Below are positions 51,314 to 61,399 of a stretch of 64,000 nucleotides of DNA, in pieces. The DNA is from an uncultured delta proteobacterium (GTDB lineage: Bacteria; Desulfobacterota; Binatia; UBA9968), in contig CAVUZH010000014.1 in NCBI GenBank assembly GCA_963745835.1, positions 32,001-96,000 of the forward strand. The letters run 5' to 3'. Position 1 is the stretch's first letter; every line of letters begins with the position of its first letter. The notes beneath the pieces are model-generated. The model worked only from the letters and a program-made list of their open reading frames with translations. It was not told where the DNA came from and made no database searches. The position numbers were made by a program, and so were the translations under genes.

Positions 51314-52270
51314 CTATTTACCTCCAATTGCCCGAATGAATGAACGGTCGACCATATCATCGATGGTGATTTTTCTTTTAATCCTTCCCTGCTCGAATTC
51401 CTGATCCGCTACGATGCCGATACCCTTCTCAGCAATTTTTCCATCGATAGGAAAAGAATCACGATACTGATCGTACCCTGCAGGCGCGATTGCCGGATCC
51501 ATTTTGACCCATTTCCGTAACGACTTCACGGCTTCCTCGCGGTTCTCGCGAGTTAAGCGTGTGCCTTTTTGGTAGGCCCTCAGAAAACGCGTGCTTTGGT
51601 CTTTTTCTTTGGCGAGCCACGACTCGCGCGCGGCAAAAGCTTCATAGGGCCATTCCGGATACATGTCCTTCAAATCAAACAGCTTCCGATAGCCCATGGC
51701 CGCGGCCTGCTCGGTGACAGGAAACCAGATAATCGTCGCATCCACTCCTCCTGAGCTGAGCGCTGCAAAACGGGCTGGAGTGCTGCCGATTTGCAGAATC
51801 GTTACCTCTTTCGGATCGATGCCGAAACGCAGAAGGCTTGCCCGCGTCAGAAAATCCGATAACGATCCAAAACGGCTGATGGCGAACCTTTTACCCTTCG
51901 CTTCCTTCATCGAAGTGAATTTGGCTTGCGAGTAGAGTTCAAACGGCATCAAGTTGCAAATGCCCCAAAAGTTCTTGACATCCACACCACTGGCGCGGCC
52001 CAATACAGTCTCTGCAACAGCCCCCGCCATGATCTGAACGTCGCCACCAATAAGAGCCTGGAGATTAGTATTACCGGCGTTGAACATCACCGGGACGACG
52101 TCCAATCCTTCGTCTTTGAAAAAGCCTTTGTCGAGAGTGACGTAGAGCGGTAGGAACGCGACGTTAACCGAAGAAATTCCGACGACAATTTTGGCCGAGC
52201 CGCGTTCAGGCGAGAGGCCGACTAAAAGCACCACAGCTAATAGTAGGAGGCCTAGTCTGTATCTTTTCAT
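51314..52270 (-). CDS. ABC-type substrate-binding protein, NMT1/SsuA-like
   Basis: Signal peptide, KGFFKDEGLDV, KGKRFAISRFGS. Confidence 0.88.
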   Translation of the reverse strand: MKRYRLGLLLLAVVLLVGLSPERGSAKIVVGISSVNVAFLPLYVTLDKGFFKDEGLDVVPVMFNAGNTNLQALIGGDVQIMAGAVAETVLGRASGVDVKNFWGICNLMPFELYSQAKFTSMKEAKGKRFAISRFGSLSDFLTRASLLRFGIDPKEVTILQIGSTPARFAALSSGGVDATIIWFPVTEQAAAMGYRKLFDLKDMYPEWPYEAFAARESWLAKEKDQSTRFLRAYQKGTRLTRENREEAVKSLRKWVKMDPAIAPAGYDQYRDSFPIDGKIAEKGIGIVADQEFEQGRIKRKITIDDMVDRSFIRAIGGK

Positions 52271-52296
52271 TGATATGCTCCTTTACGTTATGAGAG

Positions 52297-53307
52297 TTAC
52301 AATCTTTGAATAACCTTTTCGCCGAACAGCCGCATTGAATTTAAAATTTCCTCCTGCGGCAATCCGGGCGTCCAGTCGAAGCGCGGTAAAATGTAATCGG
52401 TTCCCAACCGGTTTCCGTATTCTTTGATCTGCTCGGCGCACTCCTCGGGCGAGCCGAGGATGAAACGCCCCTTACTTAGACGATCGAAGGCCCAGCTCAA
52501 TTCGCTTGAATCGCTCATGGCTTCGTTCTGCTTCCATTTGACGTATATCGTCCGGTAGAGCTGTTCCAAACAGGGACGCGCCTTTTCCGTCGCTTCTTTT
52601 CTTGTCTTAGCGACAAACGTCTCACGAATTATCGGTATGTCGGGCGAACCTGGCTTCCCGGCAGCGCTCCAAGTTTGGCGGCAGAGCTCCACCTGATGTT
52701 CCAATTCATCGATGGCGGAATGCGGCCCGATCATCCAGCCGTCACCGATGGTCGCGGCGCGGGCGACCGCGGCATCGGAATTGGCGGCGATCCAAATCGG
52801 CGGCCGCGGCTTTTGCAACGGTTTGGGATCGACGCTGACATTCTTGAGCTTAAATGCTGTGCCGTGATAATTCACATTATTCTCGGTCCAGAGTCGTTTG
52901 ATGATCTCAACTCCTTCGACGAACCGATGAAAGCGTTGCGCCTTGGTGAGATTAAAAGCATTCAGTTCATCATCACGGTAGCCCAGGCCGAAAGCAAAGA
53001 AGGATTTGCCATCGTTGAGGACGTCGAGACTGGCAAGTTCGCTGGCGACGGTGACCGGATGACGCAAGCCCAATAGCATCACGGCGGTGCCGACGGCGCA
53101 ACGCTTGGCTTCGGCGCAAAGCCGCGCCAGCGCGGGCACTTGATTGAGACGCTGCAGCCCCGGAATATTGTAATGATCGCCCATGGAGAAAGCGTCAAAA
53201 CCTACGGCGTCAGCTACTCGAACCTGCTCAATCAATGTCGGCATCAGTTGCGCGCCGCTCTTGTCGATCGATACCTGAGGGTTTAATTGCACGCAAAATT
53301 TCATCAC
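52297..53307 (-). CDS. LLM-class (luciferase-like) flavin-dependent oxidoreductase
   Basis: GFDAFSMGDH, HPVTVASELASLD, GLGYR, PKPLQKPRPPIWI, GSPEEC. Confidence 0.92.
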   Translation of the reverse strand: MMKFCVQLNPQVSIDKSGAQLMPTLIEQVRVADAVGFDAFSMGDHYNIPGLQRLNQVPALARLCAEAKRCAVGTAVMLLGLRHPVTVASELASLDVLNDGKSFFAFGLGYRDDELNAFNLTKAQRFHRFVEGVEIIKRLWTENNVNYHGTAFKLKNVSVDPKPLQKPRPPIWIAANSDAAVARAATIGDGWMIGPHSAIDELEHQVELCRQTWSAAGKPGSPDIPIIRETFVAKTRKEATEKARPCLEQLYRTIYVKWKQNEAMSDSSELSWAFDRLSKGRFILGSPEECAEQIKEYGNRLGTDYILPRFDWTPGLPQEEILNSMRLFGEKVIQRL

Positions 53308-53316
53308 TTCTCCAGC

Positions 53317-54348
53317 TTACCTATAGAGATTGTCGATGAAGCCGCTCTTGATAAGCTCCTGCATCAGGCTTCCATCGACATAGTCTTTGGGATCGGTCGA
53401 GGCATTCGCCGGCCGTTCTTTGCCGAGCAAATCCAGCGCGACTTTGGTGGCTTCCAGATTGATGTGCGGAACTTTCAGCATCTGTTCGATGATGACCTCT
53501 TGGAAGCTGTCTTCCAGCGCCTCACGATCTTTTTTCGGATCCATGCGCAGATACTTGGCGATTACGAAGACGGCGAAGTCTTTGTCGATCTTGAGCTCTC
53601 TGACGCCTTCCAGATAAGCTTTTAGAAATCTCATGACCGTATCGCGACGGCTCGCTAGTAATTGCCGTGTCACCACCACACCCTCTTGCGGATATGGAAT
53701 GCCTAGCTTGGTCATGTTGATGACCGCGTTGTAACCCAGACGCTGCGCCGCTCCGCTAAGCGGCGGAATCACCACTGTGCCATCTACGGTGCCGGCTTTG
53801 AGCGCGGCGAAGCGCGATGTCTGCCCTCCCACCTGCAAAATGGTTACATCCTTCTCAGGATTGAGCCCGAGTCTCTGCAATGAGACGCGCAATCCGGCAT
53901 CGCTGGCAGAGCCAAAGCGGCTAATGGCAAGCTTGGTTCCTTTCAAATCTTCTGTTCTTTTGATCGCCGGCTTGACGATAAGCGAATACGGAAACTTGTC
54001 CATATGGGTGGCGATCATCACCAGATCCGCACCGCGCACGGCAGCGGTCAAGTAGGCCCCGCCCATGACACCGATAGGAATGGTGCCGCCGATAATAGCT
54101 TGCGCCAACTGAGTGCCGCCCTGCATCGCGATAACTTCACTTTCGAAACCATACTTTTTGAATATACCGCGCTCGTTGGCAGCCCAAACCGGAGTAAATT
54201 CAGCGCTCAAACCGGAGACGCCGACCCTGAGAGCTTCAGCCGGTGCCTGATAGGGATATGCTAAACCGAGCATGATGCAGCAAGAGAACAACCAGATGAG
54301 TCGCTTCACATGCACCTCCGGCAATAAAGTTTGGTCATTCGATGCCAC
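53317..54348 (-). CDS. ABC-type substrate-binding protein, NMT1/SsuA-like
   Basis: Signal peptide (true start probably slightly downstream), GIFKKYG, DLKGTKLAISRFGS. Confidence 0.88.
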   Translation of the reverse strand: MASNDQTLLPEVHVKRLIWLFSCCIMLGLAYPYQAPAEALRVGVSGLSAEFTPVWAANERGIFKKYGFESEVIAMQGGTQLAQAIIGGTIPIGVMGGAYLTAAVRGADLVMIATHMDKFPYSLIVKPAIKRTEDLKGTKLAISRFGSASDAGLRVSLQRLGLNPEKDVTILQVGGQTSRFAALKAGTVDGTVVIPPLSGAAQRLGYNAVINMTKLGIPYPQEGVVVTRQLLASRRDTVMRFLKAYLEGVRELKIDKDFAVFVIAKYLRMDPKKDREALEDSFQEVIIEQMLKVPHINLEATKVALDLLGKERPANASTDPKDYVDGSLMQELIKSGFIDNLYR

Positions 54349-55630
54349 ACAGAATCATCGCGCTAAGCGCATAGACTTTGGTCGCTTGAACCAGATCGTC
54401 GATCTTCATCGCCCGGTTCTGGGCGCCGCTCAGGCGCTCTCTTTGCCGGGGCGGCCCATAGCAAATGGACGGAATGCCGACCTCGTTGAAAACGTTCAGG
54501 TCGCGCCACATGCTGGTTTCCGCCGATGGCGGTTGCGGCGGCTCCGCACCGAAGAGATAGCGGTGTGCCGATCTAACGGCGTCGATCAAAGGCTCGGCAT
54601 TCTCGGCGATGTGGCCGCGAGAATACTGGAACAAGGAAATATCACAATCTAGATTCACCTTCCCGATGGCAGCGGCAAGCTCCCTTTGGACCGGAAGTGG
54701 ATTCTTGCCGGGCGCGATTCTCACGTCAGCGAAAATGTCACACGTGGCATTTGGCCGTCCCACTCCGGCGCCGCCCCGCACCTCGACGATTTGCGCTTTG
54801 GGTATGATGGTGCCGCCGGCAAACTCGATGGTTTCTCTGTTTTCGTACTGAATCGCCCAGTCTTCGAAGACCTGAATCACATGAGCAGCCTTGGCAAATG
54901 CGTTGGGATTTTCCTGAATCGATGCGCCGCGCTCGTAACGCGGGGTATAGACCTCTCTGCCTTTGACCCGGATCTTGAACCACGCCGCGCCACATTCGGC
55001 CTGAACGATGCCGAAACCCGAGGTCTCGCCGACCAGTGCATAATCGGCAATGGCGCCGCGATCGACGAGCCATTTGGTGCCGAATCCCTCGCCGGGAAAA
55101 TCGATGCCCTGAAACTCATCGATCGATGGATTGCCGGTTTCGGACGCCACCGCCGTCAGGGTCAGATCTCCTTTGAGCTGAATTCCGGCGCGCCTGAGCG
55201 CGCTCATGGCGATCATGAAGGCGCATAGCTGCGCCTTGTCATTGATCATTCCCTTGCCAAAAAGCATCTCACCTTCAACCCATGCGGTCTCGAGCTTTCT
55301 GGCATCCTCGCTTGCGTCAGCCGGCAGCTCCGGACCGGTATCCATGTGCGCATTGAAAATAAGACTGGGCCCTCGACCGCTGCCCGACATAGTCGCAACC
55401 GCGTTAACGCTTCGTTGGGTAATAAACTGCAGTTGGCCGTGGATTTGATACTGATTCAACCAATGGAGCACTGCCTCCCCGACATCGCGCTCCTGGCCAT
55501 GGGGACTCGAGATATTCCCCAACTGCAAACAAAGATCGATCAGTTCGGCGCGCGCTCGTTCAATGATTGCGCTGACCTTATTGAATGCCGGATTCTGTTC
55601 CATATCGAGTTGCGTATCCTTTTGCTTCAC
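54335..55630 (-). CDS. ArgE/DapE-like M20-family protein with atypical metal ligands
   Basis: FNAHMDT, FGKGMINDK, VGETS, GIPSICYGP. Confidence 0.8.
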   Translation of the reverse strand: MKQKDTQLDMEQNPAFNKVSAIIERARAELIDLCLQLGNISSPHGQERDVGEAVLHWLNQYQIHGQLQFITQRSVNAVATMSGSGRGPSLIFNAHMDTGPELPADASEDARKLETAWVEGEMLFGKGMINDKAQLCAFMIAMSALRRAGIQLKGDLTLTAVASETGNPSIDEFQGIDFPGEGFGTKWLVDRGAIADYALVGETSGFGIVQAECGAAWFKIRVKGREVYTPRYERGASIQENPNAFAKAAHVIQVFEDWAIQYENRETIEFAGGTIIPKAQIVEVRGGAGVGRPNATCDIFADVRIAPGKNPLPVQRELAAAIGKVNLDCDISLFQYSRGHIAENAEPLIDAVRSAHRYLFGAEPPQPPSAETSMWRDLNVFNEVGIPSICYGPPRQRERLSGAQNRAMKIDDLVQATKVYALSAMILCGIE

Positions 55631-57900
55631 ATGCCGCGCTTGGCGTCATTAAGCGCGCGCCAGATTCGTTCGGGAGTCAACGGCAAAGTGCGAATCCGCA
55701 CTCCGGTCGCTTGGAAGATCGCGTTGCCGATTGCCGGCGCTATCGAGACGATGCCCGATTCACCCATTCCTTTCGCGCCATAGGGTCCGGGGCCGTCTTC
55801 ATTTTCGATCAATGCTGAATCGAAGAGCGCCGGCATATCGGTGAACCGCGGCACGCGGTAATCAACGAGATTGGCGTTCACCGGCTGGCCGTTCTCGTAC
55901 TGCAGTGACTCAAAAAGAGTGTGCCCCAATCCCTGAATCGCGGCGCCTTCATCCTGACCTTCGGCTTGCACAAGATTGATAGCCTTGCCGACGTCGGCAA
56001 CCGTGATGTAGCGATCGACTTGGATCGCCCCAGTTTCGATATCGAGGGAAATTTCCGCGGCGCCCATTCCGGTTTCCCAGAACAGAGGTAACTTCGGACC
56101 GAGCCCCTGTCCCGGGCGCATGGTGCCACGGCCGATGAGTTCGCCGCCGGGCATGCCAAAATACCTGCTGACCACTTCGCCATAGGTCAGACAACGATCG
56201 CCGCAACTGGCGGTGCCGTTGCGCAAGGTAATCGAATTAGTGTTGGTGCCGAGCGCTTCGGCGGCGGCGGCGATCAATTGCTTGCGCAAATCGAGCGCGG
56301 CGAGTTTGACCGCGCTTCCCATGACTGTGGTTGAGCGGCTAGCGCCGGTGGAGCGATCGAAAGGCGTTGCCAGCGTATCGGTGCCACGCATGATCACGGA
56401 TTCGATCGGAACATCCAGCTCCCGGGCGACGATTTGGCTGAGGATCGTGCGCGCGCCTTGACCCACTTCGGTGGTGCCGGCGAGCAACAGAACGCTGCCG
56501 TCGGCAAGAAGCCTGAGCAGGGCCACCGAAACCGGCATCGCTTCGGAATCGGAAACGCCCACAGCAACACCCCGGCCTTTGCCTATGCGATTGGGTCGCT
56601 GGCTCCAGCAGACATGATCCGCGGCGACTTTGGTTCCTTGCCGCAGATCCGCGTCGATGGGCGTGGCGCCGCTTTTTAGCTCTTCCCCCCGCTTGAGTAA
56701 ATTGCGCATGCGAAATTCCAGCGGGTCCAAGCCGAGTCGATGAGCGATACTGTCCATGTGCGATTCCAAGGCCCAGATCGTCTGCGGCCCACCGATGGAA
56801 CGCATCGAACCGGCCGGAACCGTGTTCGTGTAAACCGCTGAAACCTCGACTTTGCAATCGCCCAGTTTGTAGGGACCGATCATGCGGCTGATCGCGCGCT
56901 TGGCTACGCGCGGTCCGTTATCGGCGTACGCGCCGGTATCCATCACCACTTCGGCATCCCGCGCAACCAGCGTCCCGTCGCGGTTAAAGCCGGTCTTGAT
57001 GCGCACCTTGGCGGAGTGGCGCCGCGTCGTCAGCATCGCCTCCGGCACGCTTTGCGCAAGGCGCACCGGTCGACCCGCGGTCTTGCGCGCGATGGCGACG
57101 ATCAACGGTTCGATCTTGAAATAAGATTTGCTGCCATAAGCGCCGCCAACGTACGGCACAACGACCTCGACTTTTGCATGTGGCAAGCCGAACATGTGCG
57201 CCAGTTCGGAGCGAACCAGAAACGGATGAGCCGACGAGCTCCATAGAGTAATGCCGCCGTCGGTGACCCGCGCCACCGACGTGTGCGGCTCCATGGCGTA
57301 CTGATAGATCATCGGGAACTCGAACGTTTCCTCGATAATGTGGTCGGCTCGGGCAAAGCCACGGGTCAGATCTCCTCTTTCAAAGAATTCGTAATGACAG
57401 ACGTTGGGCTGCATCACGGCGCCGACGGTGGCGATGTCATGGAATTCGCCGGTACCGGCGGTGCTTTCGTGCATAAGCGGGGCGCCAGCGGCGAGCGCGT
57501 CTTCAACCGTCGCAAGGCACGGCAGCTCCTGGTAGCGCACGTCGATTAGAGACAGCGCTTCCTCGGCAATCAATGGATGTTCGGCAGCGACCACCGCCAC
57601 CGGCTCACCGACAAACCGAACTTTGTCCAACGCGACCAGCGGGCGATCACGCAGACAATTGCCATAAAAGGGATTGATGTCTTTGACGTCGTCGCGGGTC
57701 AGAATCGCCACCACTCCGGAATGAGCGGCTGCCTTCTGTGTGTCGATCGATTCAATGCGCGCGTGAGGATAGGGGCTGCGCAGGACTTTTGCCTCCAATA
57801 ACCCGGGCAGATTCAGATCGCCGGTGTATTTCGCCTCGCCGGTAACTTTGTCAAAACCGTCGACGCGAGAAGCCTTCTGACCGTCTATCATACCCAACAC
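55627..57900 (-). CDS. Xanthine dehydrogenase-family molybdopterin-binding large subunit
   Basis: KVTGEAKY, RSPYPHA, AMEPH, VGGAYGSK, GTTEVGQG, AKGMGE. Confidence 0.92.
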   Translation of the reverse strand: MLGMIDGQKASRVDGFDKVTGEAKYTGDLNLPGLLEAKVLRSPYPHARIESIDTQKAAAHSGVVAILTRDDVKDINPFYGNCLRDRPLVALDKVRFVGEPVAVVAAEHPLIAEEALSLIDVRYQELPCLATVEDALAAGAPLMHESTAGTGEFHDIATVGAVMQPNVCHYEFFERGDLTRGFARADHIIEETFEFPMIYQYAMEPHTSVARVTDGGITLWSSSAHPFLVRSELAHMFGLPHAKVEVVVPYVGGAYGSKSYFKIEPLIVAIARKTAGRPVRLAQSVPEAMLTTRRHSAKVRIKTGFNRDGTLVARDAEVVMDTGAYADNGPRVAKRAISRMIGPYKLGDCKVEVSAVYTNTVPAGSMRSIGGPQTIWALESHMDSIAHRLGLDPLEFRMRNLLKRGEELKSGATPIDADLRQGTKVAADHVCWSQRPNRIGKGRGVAVGVSDSEAMPVSVALLRLLADGSVLLLAGTTEVGQGARTILSQIVARELDVPIESVIMRGTDTLATPFDRSTGASRSTTVMGSAVKLAALDLRKQLIAAAAEALGTNTNSITLRNGTASCGDRCLTYGEVVSRYFGMPGGELIGRGTMRPGQGLGPKLPLFWETGMGAAEISLDIETGAIQVDRYITVADVGKAINLVQAEGQDEGAAIQGLGHTLFESLQYENGQPVNANLVDYRVPRFTDMPALFDSALIENEDGPGPYGAKGMGESGIVSIAPAIGNAIFQATGVRIRTLPLTPERIWRALNDAKRGM

Positions 57901-57909
57901 GATTGTTGA

Positions 57910-58941
57910 TTAGATGATGGACTGTTCGGGAAGAATCGTCTTCAAAACGCGCAGATAATTGCCGCCGAGAATCAGAGCAATTTCGTTGTCGCGGTAACCG
58001 TGCTTCTGCAGGCCGTCGATTAGATTCGGCAAATCCTCGATCTCTTCGAATCCCTTGATCAGCGGGTCTTTGTGCAATGGATGGTGACGATCCTTGAGCG
58101 TGCGCGGCCCGTCATACTTGACGAAATCCATGCCCAGAGCCAGATGCTCGACGCCGACGAGTTTGATCATGTAGTCCATGTGCCTCAGCATGTCTTCGAT
58201 GCCGACTTCGCCTTTGCCGACCCGTTCCGGCAAGGCCAGAATGCCTACCACGCCGCCCTGATCGGCAATCGCTTTGATCTGATCGTCGGCAAGATTTCTC
58301 ACGCTGTCGAGCATGCCGCAGGCGTTGGCATGGCTGACGATCAGCGGCGCGGTGGCGACCTCGAGGCTCTGGAAAAAACCTTCCCGATTCATGTGCGACA
58401 AATCGACGATCATGCCCAGGCGATTGGCCTCCTTAATCACTTCGACGCCAAAGTTCGTGAGCCCTCCCCCGGTTCGATTCTCCCAGACGCCGTCGCCGAG
58501 CTCGTTGCGAAAATTCCAAACCGGCTGCAACGAGCGCAGTCCCAGGCGATAGAAGTTTCTGAGATTTTGAATGCTGCCGCGCAAAGGCATGCAGCCTTCG
58601 AAGTGGAGCAAAAATTTTATCGTCCCGGGCTCGACTTTTTCCGGCAGATCGCCGCGGGTTCTGACCATCGAGATCATGCCCTCGGATTTGGGCGCCTCCT
58701 GCAGAAACTGGTCGATGTTTTCGAGCGCGGTCTCCAGGTAACGGCCGGTATTTTGCGAATGAGAATAAGAATCGCCGCTGATAGCGTAGACGGAGAGATT
58801 GATGGCGTCGCGAATCAATCGAGGCGCAATCGCGTCGCGGATCGGCATCGATTCGCCGATCGAGGTCCTGTAGAGCTGCTCATAAACGTCCCGATGTCCT
58901 TCGACCACGACGTGCGTTTGCAGAAGCTCTTTGGCGTCCAT
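57910..58941 (-). CDS. Membrane dipeptidase-like protein (peptidase M19)
   Basis: EGHRD, HFEG, GGLTNFG, MIVDLSH, VSHAN, RNLADDQIKAI, GMDF, GGNYLRV. Confidence 0.9.
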   Translation of the reverse strand: MDAKELLQTHVVVEGHRDVYEQLYRTSIGESMPIRDAIAPRLIRDAINLSVYAISGDSYSHSQNTGRYLETALENIDQFLQEAPKSEGMISMVRTRGDLPEKVEPGTIKFLLHFEGCMPLRGSIQNLRNFYRLGLRSLQPVWNFRNELGDGVWENRTGGGLTNFGVEVIKEANRLGMIVDLSHMNREGFFQSLEVATAPLIVSHANACGMLDSVRNLADDQIKAIADQGGVVGILALPERVGKGEVGIEDMLRHMDYMIKLVGVEHLALGMDFVKYDGPRTLKDRHHPLHKDPLIKGFEEIEDLPNLIDGLQKHGYRDNEIALILGGNYLRVLKTILPEQSII

Positions 58942-58990
58942 AGTTCTCCTATCTTTTCTTGAAGATCTGCGCGCCTTCGGATAGTAGTAG

Positions 58991-60622
58991 TTGCATTATT
59001 CATTAGCAAGTCATCCTTTGACTTTAGTTATCAGAAAACCACGACTGCTCTACTACGCCGTCACTCTGGCGCTGCTGCTGATTTTCGTTTCCTGCAAGAC
59101 GGCGCCGGACTCCGATTCGAGTGCCTCCGACACCCATTTTCGCGTTAATCTCGGCACCGAACCACCGAGCCTGGATTGGTCGCTAGCCACCGATGGGGTT
59201 TCGTTTAATGTCATTGCCAACTTGATGGTCGGGCTGACCGAATTTACCCGAGATCTCAAGCCGGCGCCGGTGATCGCCAAGTCTTGGGATATAGCCGATA
59301 GCGGCAACCGGATCATTTTCCATCTGCGCGATGATGTCTTGTGGAGTGACGGTCAAAAAGTCCGCGCTCAAGATTTCGAATACTCTTGGAAGAGGCTTCT
59401 CAATCCTAAAACCGCATCGGAGTACGCCTACATTCTTTTCGACATTGTCAACGCGCAAGAATATCACGAGAGCAAACTTGCCGATGCCGGAGAGGTCGGC
59501 GTTCGAGCACTGGATGACGTCACTCTTGAGGTTAAATTACGCCATTCCGCTTCGTACTTTCTCTCGCTCACCACTTTCGAAGTCACTTTTCCGCAGCGGC
59601 AAGATATCGTCGAAAAATTCGGATCGCGTTGGACCGACCCGGAACACATCGTCACCAACGGGCCGTTCACACTGGCCTCTTGGAAACATGAGAACGAGAT
59701 TCAGCTGCGCGCCAATCCCAAGTATTTCCTCGGCAAGCCGGTCATGGATCGAATTACGATGTTGATGGTGAGCGAGAAGACCACTGCCCTAGCGCTGTAT
59801 GAGCAGGGACAGTTGGATTTCATTGACAATCGCAGCATCCCGACATTGGAAAAAAAGCGCATCGCCAAACAACGCGGTTTTCATCACGTGCCGCAACTGC
59901 GCGGCTACTACTATGGCTTTGCGACCCATCGAAAACCGTTTAACGATCCGCGCGTGAGGAAAGCCTTCGCCATGGCCATCGATCGCGACACTTTCCCGAA
60001 AATTCTGCAGGGCGGTGAGAAACCGGCTTCCTCTTGGATTCCGCCGGGGATGCTGGCGCACAACTCAAAGATCGGCGTGCATTTCAATCCGCCGGAAGCG
60101 CGCCGGCTGCTGCGCGAGGCCGGCTATCCGGATGGCAAAGGATTTCCTCAAGTGGTGTTGGCATACAATACGGAAGAAGATCACAAACTCGTGGCCGAGG
60201 CGGTGCAGAGCATGTGGCAGCGAAATCTCGGCGTTATCGTCAGGCTCGATAATCAGGAGTGGAAAGTTTATTTAAAAAATCTGCAAAACGATCCGCCGCA
60301 TATTTTCCGTTTGGGCTGGGGAGCCGATTACCCGGACCCGGACAATTTCATGAAACTCTTTACCGCCAGCAGCGGCAACAACAATACCCGCTGGAAGAAT
60401 CCTCGTTATGATCAACTGCTCGATCTCGCTGCCCGGGAGCTCGATGGTAAAAAACGGGTAAAACTTTACGACGAGGCGCAAAAAATCCTTGTTGAAACCG
60501 ATCTGCCGATCGTGCCTCTTTTCTGGACCAGCGAAAGCACCCTGCTCAATCCCCGCTTCACCGGCCTCGAGTTCAACTCAATGGCGCGCATCGATCTCAG
60601 AAATGTCCGGCCAGCGGATTAG
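58991..60622 (+). CDS. oppA: Oligopeptide ABC transporter substrate-binding lipoprotein (family 5)
   Basis: Lipobox FVSC, EPPSLD, WSDG, NGPFTL, RVRKAFAMAIDR, WGADYPDPDNF. Confidence 0.9.
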   Translation: MHYSLASHPLTLVIRKPRLLYYAVTLALLLIFVSCKTAPDSDSSASDTHFRVNLGTEPPSLDWSLATDGVSFNVIANLMVGLTEFTRDLKPAPVIAKSWDIADSGNRIIFHLRDDVLWSDGQKVRAQDFEYSWKRLLNPKTASEYAYILFDIVNAQEYHESKLADAGEVGVRALDDVTLEVKLRHSASYFLSLTTFEVTFPQRQDIVEKFGSRWTDPEHIVTNGPFTLASWKHENEIQLRANPKYFLGKPVMDRITMLMVSEKTTALALYEQGQLDFIDNRSIPTLEKKRIAKQRGFHHVPQLRGYYYGFATHRKPFNDPRVRKAFAMAIDRDTFPKILQGGEKPASSWIPPGMLAHNSKIGVHFNPPEARRLLREAGYPDGKGFPQVVLAYNTEEDHKLVAEAVQSMWQRNLGVIVRLDNQEWKVYLKNLQNDPPHIFRLGWGADYPDPDNFMKLFTASSGNNNTRWKNPRYDQLLDLAARELDGKKRVKLYDEAQKILVETDLPIVPLFWTSESTLLNPRFTGLEFNSMARIDLRNVRPAD

Positions 60623-60635
60623 GAAAAACCGCGAG

Positions 60636-60780
60636 GTTCAAAACGTTGAAGCAGCTCAAATCGTTCAAATCGTTATGCTGATTGTCTGGAACCGGAGCGT
60701 AGCAAGCATCTATCAGTTGAACGTCTTGGAACCGAGCGCAGCGATTGAAACGTCTGAAACGATTGGAACCTGAGCGCAGC
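60636..60780. repeat. Degenerate 9-nt tandem repeats in two opposed arrays
   Basis: Four GTTCAAATC-like units at 60636-60671 and GATTG(G/A)AAC-like reverse units at about 60715-60770, plus three copies of GGAACC(N)GAGCGYAGC. Confidence 0.65.
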
Positions 60781-60886
60781 GACTATTGTTGCCATGCGGC
60801 ATAAAATCATGTAGGTGCCATTAGAACCCAGCGCTTCCGGAATCCTCTTCCGCAGTGCAACAAACATCACGAGAAAGGTAGACGGT

Positions 60887-61399
60887 ATGGAACTCAGCGA
60901 AGATGATGTGCTGCATATATTGAAACTGATCGATGAATCCAAATTCGATTACTTCCAGCTTGAAGTCGGCGAACTCAAAATTACCGTTAGCAAAGGGGAG
61001 CCGATCCCGCTCAACTCCGCGCCGCAGCAGGTGGCCACGGCAACCACCGCGCCAGCCGCGCCGGTGAGCGCGAAACCGGCAGCTGCGCCGGCAGCGGCCG
61101 CCGCTACGCCGGCAGCACAAACTGCGCGCGACAGCGTGGAAGCGCGCGCTGCCGCCGAAGGGCTGCTTACGGTCACGGCCCCGCTTCTCGGGACGTTTTA
61201 TGTAGCCCCGGAGCCCGGCGCCCCGCCGTTCACTCACGTCGGCGCCAATGTCACCGAAGATACAACTGTCGGGCTCATCGAAGTGATGAAGGTTTTCAAT
61301 AGCGTTCGCGCCGGCTTCAAAGGAACCATCGTCGAAGCAGTCGCTCAAAATGGTCAATTCGTCGAATACGGTCAGACGCTCTTTCTCGTTAAACCATGA
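60887..61399 (+). CDS. accB: Biotin carboxyl carrier protein
   Basis: Ala/Pro linker, APLLGTFY, biotinylation motif EVMKVF, VEYGQTLF. Confidence 0.88.
   Translation: MELSEDDVLHILKLIDESKFDYFQLEVGELKITVSKGEPIPLNSAPQQVATATTAPAAPVSAKPAAAPAAAAATPAAQTARDSVEARAAAEGLLTVTAPLLGTFYVAPEPGAPPFTHVGANVTEDTTVGLIEVMKVFNSVRAGFKGTIVEAVAQNGQFVEYGQTLFLVKP

Noticed and set aside
60688-60780. Mini CRISPR array
   Set aside because: Repeats are only 15-16 bp, degenerate, with repetitive spacers, and no cas genes; the AddB Cys cluster is Cas4-like only by fold.
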